The position numbers and the translations under genes are program-made. Under the pieces are notes generated by a model. The model was not told where the DNA came from, did no database searches, and was given only the letters and a program-made list of their open reading frames with translations. This document shows positions 49,762-59,135 of a stretch of 64,000 nt of DNA, in pieces (the stretch's first letter is position 1; each line of letters starts with the position of its first letter). This DNA comes from an uncultured Eubacteriales bacterium (GTDB lineage Bacteria; Bacillota; Clostridia; Christensenellales; QALW01): the NCBI GenBank assembly GCA_900547955.1, contig URIR01000004.1:12680-76679 (forward strand), given 5' to 3'.

Positions 49762-50039
49762 TATTTATCCCTGATATCAAAAACAGCATTAACCAACTCA
49801 GCCAGCAGCCTGATTATTATAACCTCAAAGGCTAACAAAAACGGAGCGGTTATAATTTTCCAAACGCCCGAAAGAATGCCGGCAGCAGCTCCCGAAAAGC
49901 ACATGACAAACCCGCCTACAATATTAGCCAGCATTGCAAAGGCCGCCACTATCAGCGCTGCATAATATGCAACGGTAACTATCTTTTTCCCGTAGCTAAC
50001 CTTAAGACTGAGCATGCCTTTAAAATCAAAGCCATCCAT
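49761..50039 (-). CDS. Small membrane protein (DUF4282-like)
   Basis: 92 aa with two hydrophobic helices and an N-terminal FDFKGM motif. Its stop overlaps the next start (TAATG). Confidence 0.5.
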   Translation of the reverse strand: MDGFDFKGMLSLKVSYGKKIVTVAYYAALIVAAFAMLANIVGGFVMCFSGAAAGILSGVWKIITAPFLLAFEVIIIRLLAELVNAVFDIRDK

Positions 50040-50057
50040 ATTATACCCACCTCGAAC

Positions 50058-50327
50058 TTTCTATTCTCCGGTATATTGGTTATTATATCAAAAAGCTTAA
50101 AATAACACAATCGATTACTGTGAACCTTAATGCTTTTTAAATGCTTTTGAAAATAATATTTATGAAAAATTAATATTTATTCATCCAGTTCACTATTTAA
50201 TGAAGCCTTAGACAATACAATCAAAGTAACCGCATAAGCATGACGGCATAGTCCTCCTATATATAAAAATGTAATTAAAGGCCGCTTAAAAATGAGCAAA
50301 AACAGCCCGCGAAACAAGAATTTTTCA
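50058..50327 (+). repeat. Intergenic repeat family, degenerate copy D with AT-rich insertion
   Basis: The anchors tctattctc, ctgtgaacctta, gcatgacggcat and agcaaaaacagcccgcgaaac occur in the same order as in copies B and C. Confidence 0.35.
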
Positions 50328-50411
50328 GAAGAACGTCATAATTACTTCCTTCTATATTTCTTATACCGGCGTTTTATACTGCCGCGGCCTTTTATACTCC
50401 TTAAAATTCAG

Positions 50412-52523
50412 TTACGGCGCTAAACCCAGCAGGCGCGACAGAGAGGCTAAGATAAAGCACAGCAGGCAGCCTGCTGCCGTAGGCAGCAGAAACGCCGCAG
50501 CCGTCCATTTAAAACGCCCTGTCTCACGCTTTATTGTGATGCATGTTGTAGAACAGGGCCAATGCATCAGAGAAAATATAATGGTGCACACCGCCGTCAG
50601 CCACGTCCAGCCGTTGTCCACCAACAGATTTTTAAGAGAATCCAAGCTGGTATAATCAGTAATTGTGCCGGTCGCCATATAAGCCATTATAATTATAGGC
50701 ACCACTATTTCATTTGCCGGCCAGCCTAATATAAAGGCCATAAGTATAACGCCGTCCAGTCCAAGCAAATGCGCAAACGGTTCTAAAAATCCCGAGCAAT
50801 GAGCAAGCAGAGTGGCGTCGCCTACCGTAACGTTGGCCATAATCCATATAATTAGGCCGGCAGGAGCAGCAACAGCCGCCGCCCGTCCCAGCACAAAAAG
50901 CGTTCTGTCCAATACCGAGCGGACAATAACCTTGCCAATCTGAGGCCTGCGGTAAGGCGGCAGCTCCAAAGTAAAAGAGGAGGGCTCCCCCTTAAGCAGG
51001 GTACGTGAAAGCAGCTTGCTCATAATTAAGGTCATTGCCACACCCGCAACTATTACCGCAGTCAAAATAAGAGTGGAAAGCACGGTCTGCGTCATGCCTG
51101 CAGCCGAACCCACAAAAAACATGCTTATAATAGCAATGATAGTTGGAAAGCGCCCGTTGCATGGCACAAAGCTATTTGTAATTATGGCAATAAGCCTTTC
51201 TCTGGGCGAATCTATTATCCGACAGCCTGTTACTCCCACGGCGTTGCAGCCTAGACCCATGCACATAGTCAAAGATTGCTTACCGCACGCCCCGCATTTT
51301 TTAAAGCTGCTGTCCAAATTAAACGCTACCCTGGGCAGATATCCAAAATCCTCCAAAAGAGTGAAAAGAGGAAAGAAAATTGCCATTGGCGGAAGCATGA
51401 CTGATATAACCCAGGCCAGCACCCTATATACGCCAAGCACCAATGCCCCGTGCAGCCATGCAGGCATTCCTATATTAAAGCAAAATTCCGTCAGCCTGTC
51501 CTGTATCCAGAACAATCCGTCGGCTAAAAGCTGAGAGGGATAATTGGCGCCAGTAATAGTAATATAAAATATAGCGGCCAGCAGGGCCAGCATAAACGGA
51601 ATTCCCGTCCATTTACCCGTTAAAATTTTATCCAGCCTTCTATCCCGCCGGTTATAGTCAGGCTTTTTAAAGCTTACGCCCTCCCGCGCGATTCTATCGG
51701 CCGTTTCAGACACGCCCAGCGCTATAATATCCTGTACCCTTTCATTATCCAATCCTGCTCCCGCAAGCCGGGCTCGCTGTTCTTTTATCAGGGCAGTCGT
51801 CTCCCTCTTTAATTGATAATCCTTCGCTATTAAATTGAGAATATCCTCCTCTCCCTCAAGCAATCTCAAAGCTATCCAGCGCGCATTAACAAAAGCCGGC
51901 AATTCCTTTTTCAATTCAGCTTGGATACGCTCGGCCGCAGCCTCCACTTTATCCGGATATTTTATTTTAAAGGGCTGCGCATATGTATTCTTGCTTAAAT
52001 TCTGAATCGCTTTTTTCAACTCCTTAAGCCCCTTAGCGCTGCGTGCGCTCGTGCCTATTACCTCCACCCCCAGCAATTCGGACAGCCTTTTAAAATTTGG
52101 AATTATACCCTTTTTAGCAGCTTCATCCATTAAATTTATACATACTACCGCCCGTCCCGTAATTTCCAGCGTTTGAATAACTAAATTTAAATTTCTTTCC
52201 AGACAGGTAGCGTCGCAAACCACTACGGTTCCCCATGCTCCCCCGGCGCAAATAAAATTCCTGGCTATCTCCTCTTCAGCAGAATGCGGCATAAGAGAAT
52301 ATGTACCGGGCAAATCTACCAGTTCATATCTATCCGACTCAAATTCGTATTCCCCTCTCGCGCTGGAGACAGTTTTTCCCGGCCAATTTCCAGTATGCTG
52401 CCTCATACCTGTCAGCGCGTTAAAAATAGTACTTTTGCCTACGTTTGGATTACCCGCTAAAGCAATTATTCGGGTTCCCTTCTCAGCCTCTTCATTATGC
52501 AATCGTTTTTTTCCTCTATTCAT
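50412..52523 (-). CDS. feoB: Ferrous iron transporter FeoB
   Basis: N-terminal G-domain (GNPNVGKST, DLPG) and a large polytopic permease domain. Confidence 0.96.
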   Translation of the reverse strand: MNRGKKRLHNEEAEKGTRIIALAGNPNVGKSTIFNALTGMRQHTGNWPGKTVSSARGEYEFESDRYELVDLPGTYSLMPHSAEEEIARNFICAGGAWGTVVVCDATCLERNLNLVIQTLEITGRAVVCINLMDEAAKKGIIPNFKRLSELLGVEVIGTSARSAKGLKELKKAIQNLSKNTYAQPFKIKYPDKVEAAAERIQAELKKELPAFVNARWIALRLLEGEEDILNLIAKDYQLKRETTALIKEQRARLAGAGLDNERVQDIIALGVSETADRIAREGVSFKKPDYNRRDRRLDKILTGKWTGIPFMLALLAAIFYITITGANYPSQLLADGLFWIQDRLTEFCFNIGMPAWLHGALVLGVYRVLAWVISVMLPPMAIFFPLFTLLEDFGYLPRVAFNLDSSFKKCGACGKQSLTMCMGLGCNAVGVTGCRIIDSPRERLIAIITNSFVPCNGRFPTIIAIISMFFVGSAAGMTQTVLSTLILTAVIVAGVAMTLIMSKLLSRTLLKGEPSSFTLELPPYRRPQIGKVIVRSVLDRTLFVLGRAAAVAAPAGLIIWIMANVTVGDATLLAHCSGFLEPFAHLLGLDGVILMAFILGWPANEIVVPIIIMAYMATGTITDYTSLDSLKNLLVDNGWTWLTAVCTIIFSLMHWPCSTTCITIKRETGRFKWTAAAFLLPTAAGCLLCFILASLSRLLGLAP

Positions 52524-52584
52524 GCAAAAACCTCCGAATGCCTATATCTAATGCGGGACCGTTCTTAAGCCGGCCCCGCTAGGT

Positions 52585-52824
52585 TTAAATTCTCTCTACC
52601 ATTATGCACGCTGAATCCTCGCGCCTTAAGGCTATAACTGTTCCCTTTATATAAAAGGCAGTTGGGTCTCCAGCCGGCCCGCTCTGCAGCCTCTGCACGC
52701 TTGTGCCAGCCGTAAAGCCTATATCCTGAAGCCTGCGTCTCATAGCTCCGTCTGTATTAAGACCAGAAATTTTAACTGTCTCACCCATCTCTGTTTGAGC
52801 CAGGCTTAATGACTGTGTACTCAT
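52585..52824 (-). CDS. feoA: FeoA family protein
   Basis: 79-aa SH3-like FeoA, directly upstream of feoB. Confidence 0.88.
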   Translation of the reverse strand: MSTQSLSLAQTEMGETVKISGLNTDGAMRRRLQDIGFTAGTSVQRLQSGPAGDPTAFYIKGTVIALRREDSACIMVERI

Positions 52825-52932
52825 AAAATTCCCTCCTGTTGTATTGGGATGAAAATCCCTTATTGTACTATATTCTACGCCGGCGTAATGTGTTCAAGCT
52901 GTCCGAACAAAACCATTCCCCTTAAATAAACG

Positions 52933-53065
52933 CTTATAAATTCAAAAACGCCCTGCAATCCTTACGCGCCTTATCTTAAACTAAAAAAGCACCGCGCAGT
53001 CATTGCACGCCTGTCTTAAACCAAAAAAACACCGCGCAGCCATTGAGCGCCTGCTGCAAGCTAAA
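52933..53065. repeat. Tandem repeats of about 40 nt upstream of feoA (three clear units)
   Basis: Units 52971-53011 and 53012-53051 are nearly identical (t.tcttaaac.aaaaaa.caccgcgcag.cattg..cgcc). A more diverged unit lies at 52933-52970, and a further partial unit merges into the adjacent terminator. Confidence 0.75.
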
Positions 53066-53101
53066 AAGCAAAAAAATAAAGCGCCCTTTCTAAGAGCGCT
53101 T
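53066..53101 (-). terminator. Rho-independent terminator after the DAK2-domain gene
   Basis: Stem AAGCGC / GCGCTT (53079-53101) is followed on the minus strand by TATTTTTTTGC. Confidence 0.65.
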
Positions 53102-53131
53102 AAAAACCATTGCTTATTAAACTAATTAAAG

Positions 53132-54778
53132 TTACTCAACAGACAAAATATAATAGTACAGAGGCTGTCCGCCGTTATGCAGTTCCACATCCGCGCTGTC
53201 AAACCGCTCCTCCAGGCGCGCTACCAATTCTTCGGCCTGCTGCTCTGAAACATCCGCTCCGTAATAGACGGTAATCAAATCGTTTTCCTTTTCGTCATAC
53301 ATATCCTCTACCAGCTCAAAGGCCGTTTGATCAATATCCTTGCCCGAAGCGGCTATTTTACCATTATAAAGGCCGAGAATATCTCCCTCCTTAATAACCT
53401 TGTCTTCCATTTCAGTATCACGAACCGCATAAGTTACCTGCCCCGTTTTTACGCTGTCTATAGCCGAGCACATATTTTCGTAATTCTCCTTAGCCTCATG
53501 CTCAGGATTATATGCCAGCATAGCTACGACTCCCTGCGGAATGCTTTTAGTAGGCACAACGTAAACTTCCTTATCGGTTAATTCATTTACCTGCTGAGCC
53601 GCTAGGATAATATTGGAATTATTAGGCAGAATTATAACCGCTTTAGCCGGCACCTTCTGTACGGCGTTAAAAATATCCTCAGTACTGGGATTCATGGTCT
53701 GGCCGCCGGGTATTATATCTGAAACTCCGATATCCTTAAATATTTCTTCTAAGCCCTTGCCGGCAGCTACGGCTACTATTCCCTGCGGAAGCTGTTCCTC
53801 CGCCTGACGCGCGGCCATAAGCTCGCGGTGCTGAATCACCATATTTTCTATTTTAATGCCGTTAAGCTCCCCAAGCTGAAGCGCATACTGCAAAGCCTTG
53901 CCAGGAGTGTTTGTATGCACATGCACCTTAACAAGATTGGTATCCCCTACAACAACCAGCGAATCGCCTATATTGCCCAGCATTTTCCTCAGCTTATCTA
54001 TATCCTTTTCAGTAACAAAATCAAATAGATTCTCAATAAAAAATTCTGTGCAATATGCGAAGGTTATATTTTCTAAATCGTTTTCCGCAGGCCATTCACC
54101 TTCAACCGCCTGCGTGCTTCCGGAAAAGCTTTCTGCGGCAAATATCTCGTCCGGTATATACTCTCCGTTTATAACCTTCTGATAAGCTGTATAAATAAAC
54201 AGCAGCCCCTGTCCGCCAGCGTCCACAACTCCCGCTTTTTTAAGCACGGGAAGCATTTCAGGAGTTTTATTCAGTATAGCTTTTCCGCTGCTGACCATAA
54301 TATCCGTCAGCTCATATATATCCCTGCCCGCTCTGGCCGCGTTTACACAAGTCTCGGCTATAACCCTGGCTACTGTTAAAATGGTGCCCTCTTTAGGCTT
54401 CATAACCGCCTTATACGCCATATCTACTCCGCTGCGCAGGGCCGCCGCCAGCGTATTGCTGTCTATAAGTTCGCATTTTTCCAAAGGCACGGCAAAACCG
54501 CGGTAAAGCTGAGATAAAATAACACCGCTGTTTCCGCGCGCGCCCTTAAGCGCTCCTTTAGCTGCCGCCGCCGAAATATTCTTTACTGATATATCGGTAA
54601 CCGCCTGCACTTCCTTAACCACCGATTTCATGGTAAGGGACATATTAGTACCCGTATCCCCGTCAGGCACAGGAAATACGTTAAGGTCGTTAAGCTGCTG
54701 TTTATTTGCCTCAAGCGCTGCGGCCGCAGCAAGAATACACTCCTTTAATGAAGCGCCGTCTATCTTGTTCTCTTTCAA
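53132..54778 (-). CDS. yloV: DAK2 domain fusion protein YloV
   Basis: N-terminal Dak2 domain (PVPDGDTGTNM) and a C-terminal DegV-like domain, downstream of the Asp23 gene as in Bacillus yloU-yloV. Confidence 0.9.
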   Translation of the reverse strand: MKENKIDGASLKECILAAAAALEANKQQLNDLNVFPVPDGDTGTNMSLTMKSVVKEVQAVTDISVKNISAAAAKGALKGARGNSGVILSQLYRGFAVPLEKCELIDSNTLAAALRSGVDMAYKAVMKPKEGTILTVARVIAETCVNAARAGRDIYELTDIMVSSGKAILNKTPEMLPVLKKAGVVDAGGQGLLFIYTAYQKVINGEYIPDEIFAAESFSGSTQAVEGEWPAENDLENITFAYCTEFFIENLFDFVTEKDIDKLRKMLGNIGDSLVVVGDTNLVKVHVHTNTPGKALQYALQLGELNGIKIENMVIQHRELMAARQAEEQLPQGIVAVAAGKGLEEIFKDIGVSDIIPGGQTMNPSTEDIFNAVQKVPAKAVIILPNNSNIILAAQQVNELTDKEVYVVPTKSIPQGVVAMLAYNPEHEAKENYENMCSAIDSVKTGQVTYAVRDTEMEDKVIKEGDILGLYNGKIAASGKDIDQTAFELVEDMYDEKENDLITVYYGADVSEQQAEELVARLEERFDSADVELHNGGQPLYYYILSVE

Positions 54779-54805
54779 AGCCTTTCTCCTCCAATCAGCC
54801 GCGCT

Positions 54806-55156
54806 TTAGACGCGAACCCCCTTAATGTACACGTTCACGCCGTCCACTATAAGGCCGGTCATGGATTCGATGCTGTATTTAACAGTACTTATAACGTTAT
54901 CAGCTACAGCCACCATTGAAACGCCGTATTCTACAATAACATTTATATCCACCTGCACGTTTTCACCGTCCGAAACAACTTTGATACCCTTGGTAAGGCT
55001 TTCAATTTTCAGCAGCTCGGCAATACCCTCGGCCGCTCCCTGCGTAGCCATACCAACAATGCCTGCGCACTGCATCGCCGCCAAGCCGGCTATCGTAGCC
55101 AAAACAGTATCCGCAATAGCTATGCTGCCCAGCTCGTTAGAAGTTTTTATAGCCAT
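54806..55156 (-). CDS. yloU: Asp23/Gls24 family protein (YloU)
   Basis: 116-aa Asp23-family sequence, divergent from rpmB. Confidence 0.9.
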   Translation of the reverse strand: MAIKTSNELGSIAIADTVLATIAGLAAMQCAGIVGMATQGAAEGIAELLKIESLTKGIKVVSDGENVQVDINVIVEYGVSMVAVADNVISTVKYSIESMTGLIVDGVNVYIKGVRV

Positions 55157-55394
55157 CTTTGCTTCCTCCAGAATTAAATATAAATATAATTACTCCAGCT
55201 ATTTTACTGCAAAACTTAAATAAATGCAAGCAAATACGAAATAAGCTTTTTATAAGGCTCCATCATTATATTATATTAAACTTTTAAGGGTTAATACCAA
55301 AAAACCCTTGCGCAAAAATATAATTAATGATATAGTATTAACGCTGTTTAAAGATATAAACGTAAGTTTAACATACCCAAAGGAGGTGTGCAAC

Positions 55395-55586
55395 ATGGCA
55401 AAATATTGTGAAATATGCAAGAAGGGCGTTATGTCTGGAAATAAGGTCAGCCATTCCAACAGGCATACGCGTACCTATTGGGCTCCTAACGTCCAAAAGG
55501 TCAGCGCTATAATAGACGGACAGAAGCGTCGTGTAACCGTATGCACCAGATGTCTTCGTTCGGGCAAAGTGCAGCGCACAATTTAA
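55395..55586 (+). CDS. rpmB: 50S ribosomal protein L28
   Basis: MAKYCEICKKGVMSGNKVSHSNRHTRTYWAPNVQK is the canonical bL28 sequence. GGAGG RBS. Confidence 0.96.
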   Translation: MAKYCEICKKGVMSGNKVSHSNRHTRTYWAPNVQKVSAIIDGQKRRVTVCTRCLRSGKVQRTI

Positions 55587-55615
55587 CGCCCTGAGCTTTT
55601 GATACATTTGGAAAA

Positions 55616-55653
55616 AATTCCGGCCGTGTTTTTTCTGGCCGGAATTTTAATTT
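55616..55653 (+). terminator. Rho-independent terminator after rpmB
   Basis: 10-bp stem AATTCCGGCC / GGCCGGAATT followed by TTTTAATTT. Confidence 0.85.
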
Positions 55654-55665
55654 ATATTGTCTTAA

Positions 55666-55694
55666 TTGACATTTCAGTTCTTCAATGATATAAT
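55666..55694 (+). promoter_or_regulatory. Consensus sigma-A promoter of the trpBA leader
   Basis: TTGACA (55666-55671), 17 nt, TATAAT (55689-55694). Confidence 0.75.
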
Positions 55695-55699
55695 TATAT

Positions 55700-55996
55700 T
55701 GTATTTAACCGAATAATGCAAACTGTTGAAGCGAAAGTAAAAATAGCAGCGCGCCTGAAGAGAGCCTCGGATTGCTGTGAACGAGGCGGAAAGCGGGTTA
55801 TATAAATGGTTCGCTGAGGGCGCGGAGGAAAGGAAGTATCTTAGTATTCCGCGACGTGGAGGCATGCGTCAGTTGCTCGGAATATATTATCGTATTCCGT
55901 TAAGAGTGCATTTTTTCTTAAAATGCAAACCGGGGTGGCACCGCGGATTCAATGTTTATTCGTCCCCGACAGCATTAATGCTGTCGGGGATTTTTT
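55700..55996 (+). promoter_or_regulatory. T-box riboswitch leader, probable tRNA-Trp specificity
   Basis: Stem I has AGAGA. A candidate specifier UGG lies at 55807-55809. The T-box sequence GGGGTGGCACCGCGG lies at 55932-55946. The terminator is a 13-bp stem at 55963-55990 plus TTTTTTATTT. Confidence 0.85.
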
Positions 55997-56096
55997 ATTT
56001 CTCAATGACAGCGAGAACGCTTAACACAAAATGGCTTATGCCCTTTTTTCAGGCAAAAGCCGGCAGAATAAAAAAGCAGGAAGGGAAGAACGCATT

Positions 56097-57287
56097 ATGC
56101 CTGAACCCAAAGGCAGATTTGGCATTCATGGAGGTCAATATATTCCAGAAGCCCTCATGAACGCAGTTAAAGAACTGGAAGAAGCATATACCTTTTATAA
56201 AACAGACGCCCAATTCCAAACCGAGCTGGAGTATCTTCTAAATGAATATGCCGGAAGGCCCAGTTTGCTGTATTACGCACAAAGGCTTACCCAGGACCTT
56301 GGCGGCGCTAAAATATATCTCAAGCGGGAGGACCTGAATCATACCGGCTCACATAAAATAAATAATGTGCTTGGACAGGCCCTGCTGGCAAAAAAAATGG
56401 GCAAAACCAAATTAATAGCCGAAACGGGAGCGGGCCAGCACGGCGTCGCCACCGCAACCGCCGCGGCGCTTATGGATATGCAATGCGTCATATTTATGGG
56501 CGAGGAGGATATAAAGCGTCAGCTGCTCAACGTATATAAGATGAAGCTGCTGGGCGCTGAAGTAGTCGGAGTCTCAAGCGGCACCGGCACCCTCAAAGAC
56601 GCGGTTTCTGTCGCTATGAGCGAATGGACCAGCCATTTAAAGGATACTCACTACTGCCTTGGCTCGGTCATGGGGCCCCACCCATTCCCCACCATCGTAA
56701 GAGATTTCCAGGCGGTAATCTCTAAGGAAATTAAAAGCCAGATGCTTTCAAAAGAGGGACGGCTGCCCGACGCGGTTTTAGCATGCGTAGGCGGAGGTTC
56801 AAACGCCATAGGCAGCTTTTATCACTTTATAAATGAAAAAGGCGTGAGGCTTATAGGCTGTGAAGCGGCCGGCAGAGGAATTGACACATTTGAAACGGCG
56901 GCGACCATAAATACAGGAAGGCTTGGGATTTTTCACGGCATGAAATCCTACTTCTGCCAGGATAAATACGGACAAATCGCTCCTGTATACTCAATTTCGG
57001 CCGGCTTAGACTATCCAGGCATAGGCCCTGAGCACGCATATCTATACGATACCAAACGGGCTGAATATGTCGCTATTACAGACAGCCAGGCGGTAAAAGC
57101 CTTTGAATACCTCTCGAAAATAGAAGGAATAATTCCGGCGATTGAATCGGCTCACGCCCTCGCCTACGCAATGGAGCTGGCTCCTAGAATGCCGAAAGAC
57201 AAAATAATAGTAGTAACAATTTCGGGCCGCGGCGATAAGGATTGTGCAGCTATTGCCCGATACACAGGAGAAGATATATATGAATGA
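56097..57287 (+). CDS. trpB: Tryptophan synthase beta chain
   Basis: [16 protein letters not shown] (PLP lysine) and GGGSNAIG. Start trimmed to MPEPKGRFG. Confidence 0.96.
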   Translation: MPEPKGRFGIHGGQYIPEALMNAVKELEEAYTFYKTDAQFQTELEYLLNEYAGRPSLLYYAQRLTQDLGGAKIYLKREDLNHTGSHKINNVLGQALLAKKMGKTKLIAETGAGQHGVATATAAALMDMQCVIFMGEEDIKRQLLNVYKMKLLGAEVVGVSSGTGTLKDAVSVAMSEWTSHLKDTHYCLGSVMGPHPFPTIVRDFQAVISKEIKSQMLSKEGRLPDAVLACVGGGSNAIGSFYHFINEKGVRLIGCEAAGRGIDTFETAATINTGRLGIFHGMKSYFCQDKYGQIAPVYSISAGLDYPGIGPEHAYLYDTKRAEYVAITDSQAVKAFEYLSKIEGIIPAIESAHALAYAMELAPRMPKDKIIVVTISGRGDKDCAAIARYTGEDIYE

Positions 57288-58038
57288 TAAACTCGCAAAA
57301 GCGTTTCAAAATGGAAAAGCAATCATTCCATTTATAACCTGCGGCGACCCAAGCCTCCAGGCCACCGCCGATATTATAAAGGCCGCGTGCCTTAACGGAG
57401 CGGATATAATAGGGCTGCGCGTGCCTTTTAGCGACCCGGTAGCTGAGAGCGCCTGTATGCAAGCCGCCTCGCACAGAGCCCTTGCCGCCGGAATTACTGC
57501 CGACATTATATTTGATTTTGCAGTACAATTAAACAGTCAAATTTCAGCGCCTGTTATATTGATAAGCTACGCCAATACTGTCTTTTCCTACGGAACAGAG
57601 CGTTTTAGCCAAAACTGCGCTCAGGCGGGTATTGACGGCGTCATTCTGCTGGACGTGCCTCTTGAGGAGAGGCAGGAATTCGCCGAAGCATTTCATAAAT
57701 ACAGCATTTCCCTTATACCAACCGCCGCGCTTATAGAGCAAAAAAGAATAGAAAGGATATGCCAGACAGCCGAAGGATTTATATATTTCAATCAGCCAAG
57801 CGAAGGCGCTTCATCTATTCAGGCCTTCAAGGCCGCTATGTCCCTGCTTCAGGCCAATATTCATATGCCCGTCGCCGTCCAATTAAATCTATCCGTTCCG
57901 GAGCAGGCCGCCGCAGCTAAATATGCCGACGGCATAATACTGGAAACCGCCGCAGGCCAGCTAATTGAGAAATACGGTTCCAAAGCCGCCCCGTATATAG
58001 GCAGACTTATAGCTGAAATAAAAAAGCAAATAAGCTAA
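57280..58038 (+). CDS. trpA: Tryptophan synthase alpha chain
   Basis: The TIM-barrel TrpA N-terminus resembles canonical TrpA ([18 protein letters not shown]). The ATG overlaps the trpB stop by 8 nt. Confidence 0.9.
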   Translation: MNDKLAKAFQNGKAIIPFITCGDPSLQATADIIKAACLNGADIIGLRVPFSDPVAESACMQAASHRALAAGITADIIFDFAVQLNSQISAPVILISYANTVFSYGTERFSQNCAQAGIDGVILLDVPLEERQEFAEAFHKYSISLIPTAALIEQKRIERICQTAEGFIYFNQPSEGASSIQAFKAAMSLLQANIHMPVAVQLNLSVPEQAAAAKYADGIILETAAGQLIEKYGSKAAPYIGRLIAEIKKQIS

Positions 58039-58058
58039 TAGCTTTTAAGCGCATAATA

Positions 58059-58089
58059 AAAGCTCCGTATTCTAAATATACGGAGCTTT
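58059..58089. terminator. Bidirectional terminator between trpA and queA
   Basis: 12-bp stem AAAGCTCCGTAT / ATACGGAGCTTT flanked by A and T runs. Confidence 0.8.
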
Positions 58090-58091
58090 AT

Positions 58092-59126
58092 CTATATAAT
58101 AAACATAGCGTCGCCAAAGCTGAAAAAACGATATTTTTTCTCTTTGGCCTCTTCATAGATTGCTAATATTCTTTCTCTGGAGCACAGGGAGCTAACCAGC
58201 ATTAAAAGAGTAGACTGAGGAAGATGAAAATTAGTTATTAAGCAGTCCACGCATTTAAATTTATAGCCCGGATAAATAAAAATATCCGTCCAGCCTGACT
58301 GCGCTTTTAATACTCCGTCTTCACCGCATGCAGTTTCCAATACCCGCGTACTGGTTGTGCCTACAGAAATAACCCGGCCTCCCAAGGCTTTAGCCTGATT
58401 TATGCTTTGCGCAGCCTGAGCGCTGAGACAATAGTATTCGCTATGCATTTTATGCTGCGCGACGTCGTTCACTTTAACCGGCCTGAAGGTTCCTAAGCCC
58501 ACATGCAGCAGCACAGGGACAATTATAACTCCCATATCTCTTATTTTATCCAAAAGCTCCGGGGTAAAATGCAGCCCCGCCGTAGGCGCGGCAGCCGAAC
58601 CCGTCTCTCTGGAATATACCGTCTGATAGCGCTCCTTATCCTCCAGCCGTTCTGTTATATAAGGCGGAAGCGGCATCTGGCCCAATTCATCCAGAATTTC
58701 TTCAAATATCCCGTCATATATAAATCGTATGAGCCTGCCTCCGTCCGGTAAGCTTTCAAGCACCTCAGCCTGAAGGCGCTCGGAAAAAACAAGCCTCTCG
58801 CCCGGCCGAATACGCCTTCCCGGCCTGGCCAGCGTTTCCCATATATCCTTTTCCCTTCTATTAAGCAGCAGCAGTTCAACTATCCCGCCCGTTTGCTTTT
58901 TTCCCATAAGGCGGGCCGGGAGCACCCTTGTTTCATTTATAACCAGCACATCCCCCGCTTTTAAATATTCGGGCAGATTATAAAAATACCTGTGCTCAAC
59001 GCTGTCTGTATTCCTGTTATATACAAGCAGCCTGGAATGGTCGCGCGGTTCAACCGGCGTCTGAGCTATAAATTCTTTGGGCAGCTCGTAATTAAACATA
59101 TCCGTACTAAGCTTTTGCAATGTCAA
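58092..59126 (-). CDS. queA: S-adenosylmethionine:tRNA ribosyltransferase-isomerase
   Basis: F(N/D)Y.LP..IAQ.P at the N-terminus and a conserved QueA core (PLPPYI, GTTSTR). Confidence 0.95.
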   Translation of the reverse strand: MTLQKLSTDMFNYELPKEFIAQTPVEPRDHSRLLVYNRNTDSVEHRYFYNLPEYLKAGDVLVINETRVLPARLMGKKQTGGIVELLLLNRREKDIWETLARPGRRIRPGERLVFSERLQAEVLESLPDGGRLIRFIYDGIFEEILDELGQMPLPPYITERLEDKERYQTVYSRETGSAAAPTAGLHFTPELLDKIRDMGVIIVPVLLHVGLGTFRPVKVNDVAQHKMHSEYYCLSAQAAQSINQAKALGGRVISVGTTSTRVLETACGEDGVLKAQSGWTDIFIYPGYKFKCVDCLITNFHLPQSTLLMLVSSLCSRERILAIYEEAKEKKYRFFSFGDAMFII

Positions 59127-59135
59127 ATACCTTCT

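Noticed and set aside
52825-52935. Fur box upstream of feoA
   Set aside because: The best candidate (GGATTTTCATCCCAA, about 52845-52859) matches the 7-1-7 Fur consensus poorly, so no call was made.
55801-55812. Met (AUG) rather than Trp (UGG) as the T-box specifier
   Set aside because: Both triplets overlap in AAAUGGU. Trp is preferred because the regulated genes are trpBA and the T-box bulge reads UGGC, which is complementary to a G73-CCA end. This is not fully excluded without a model-based alignment.
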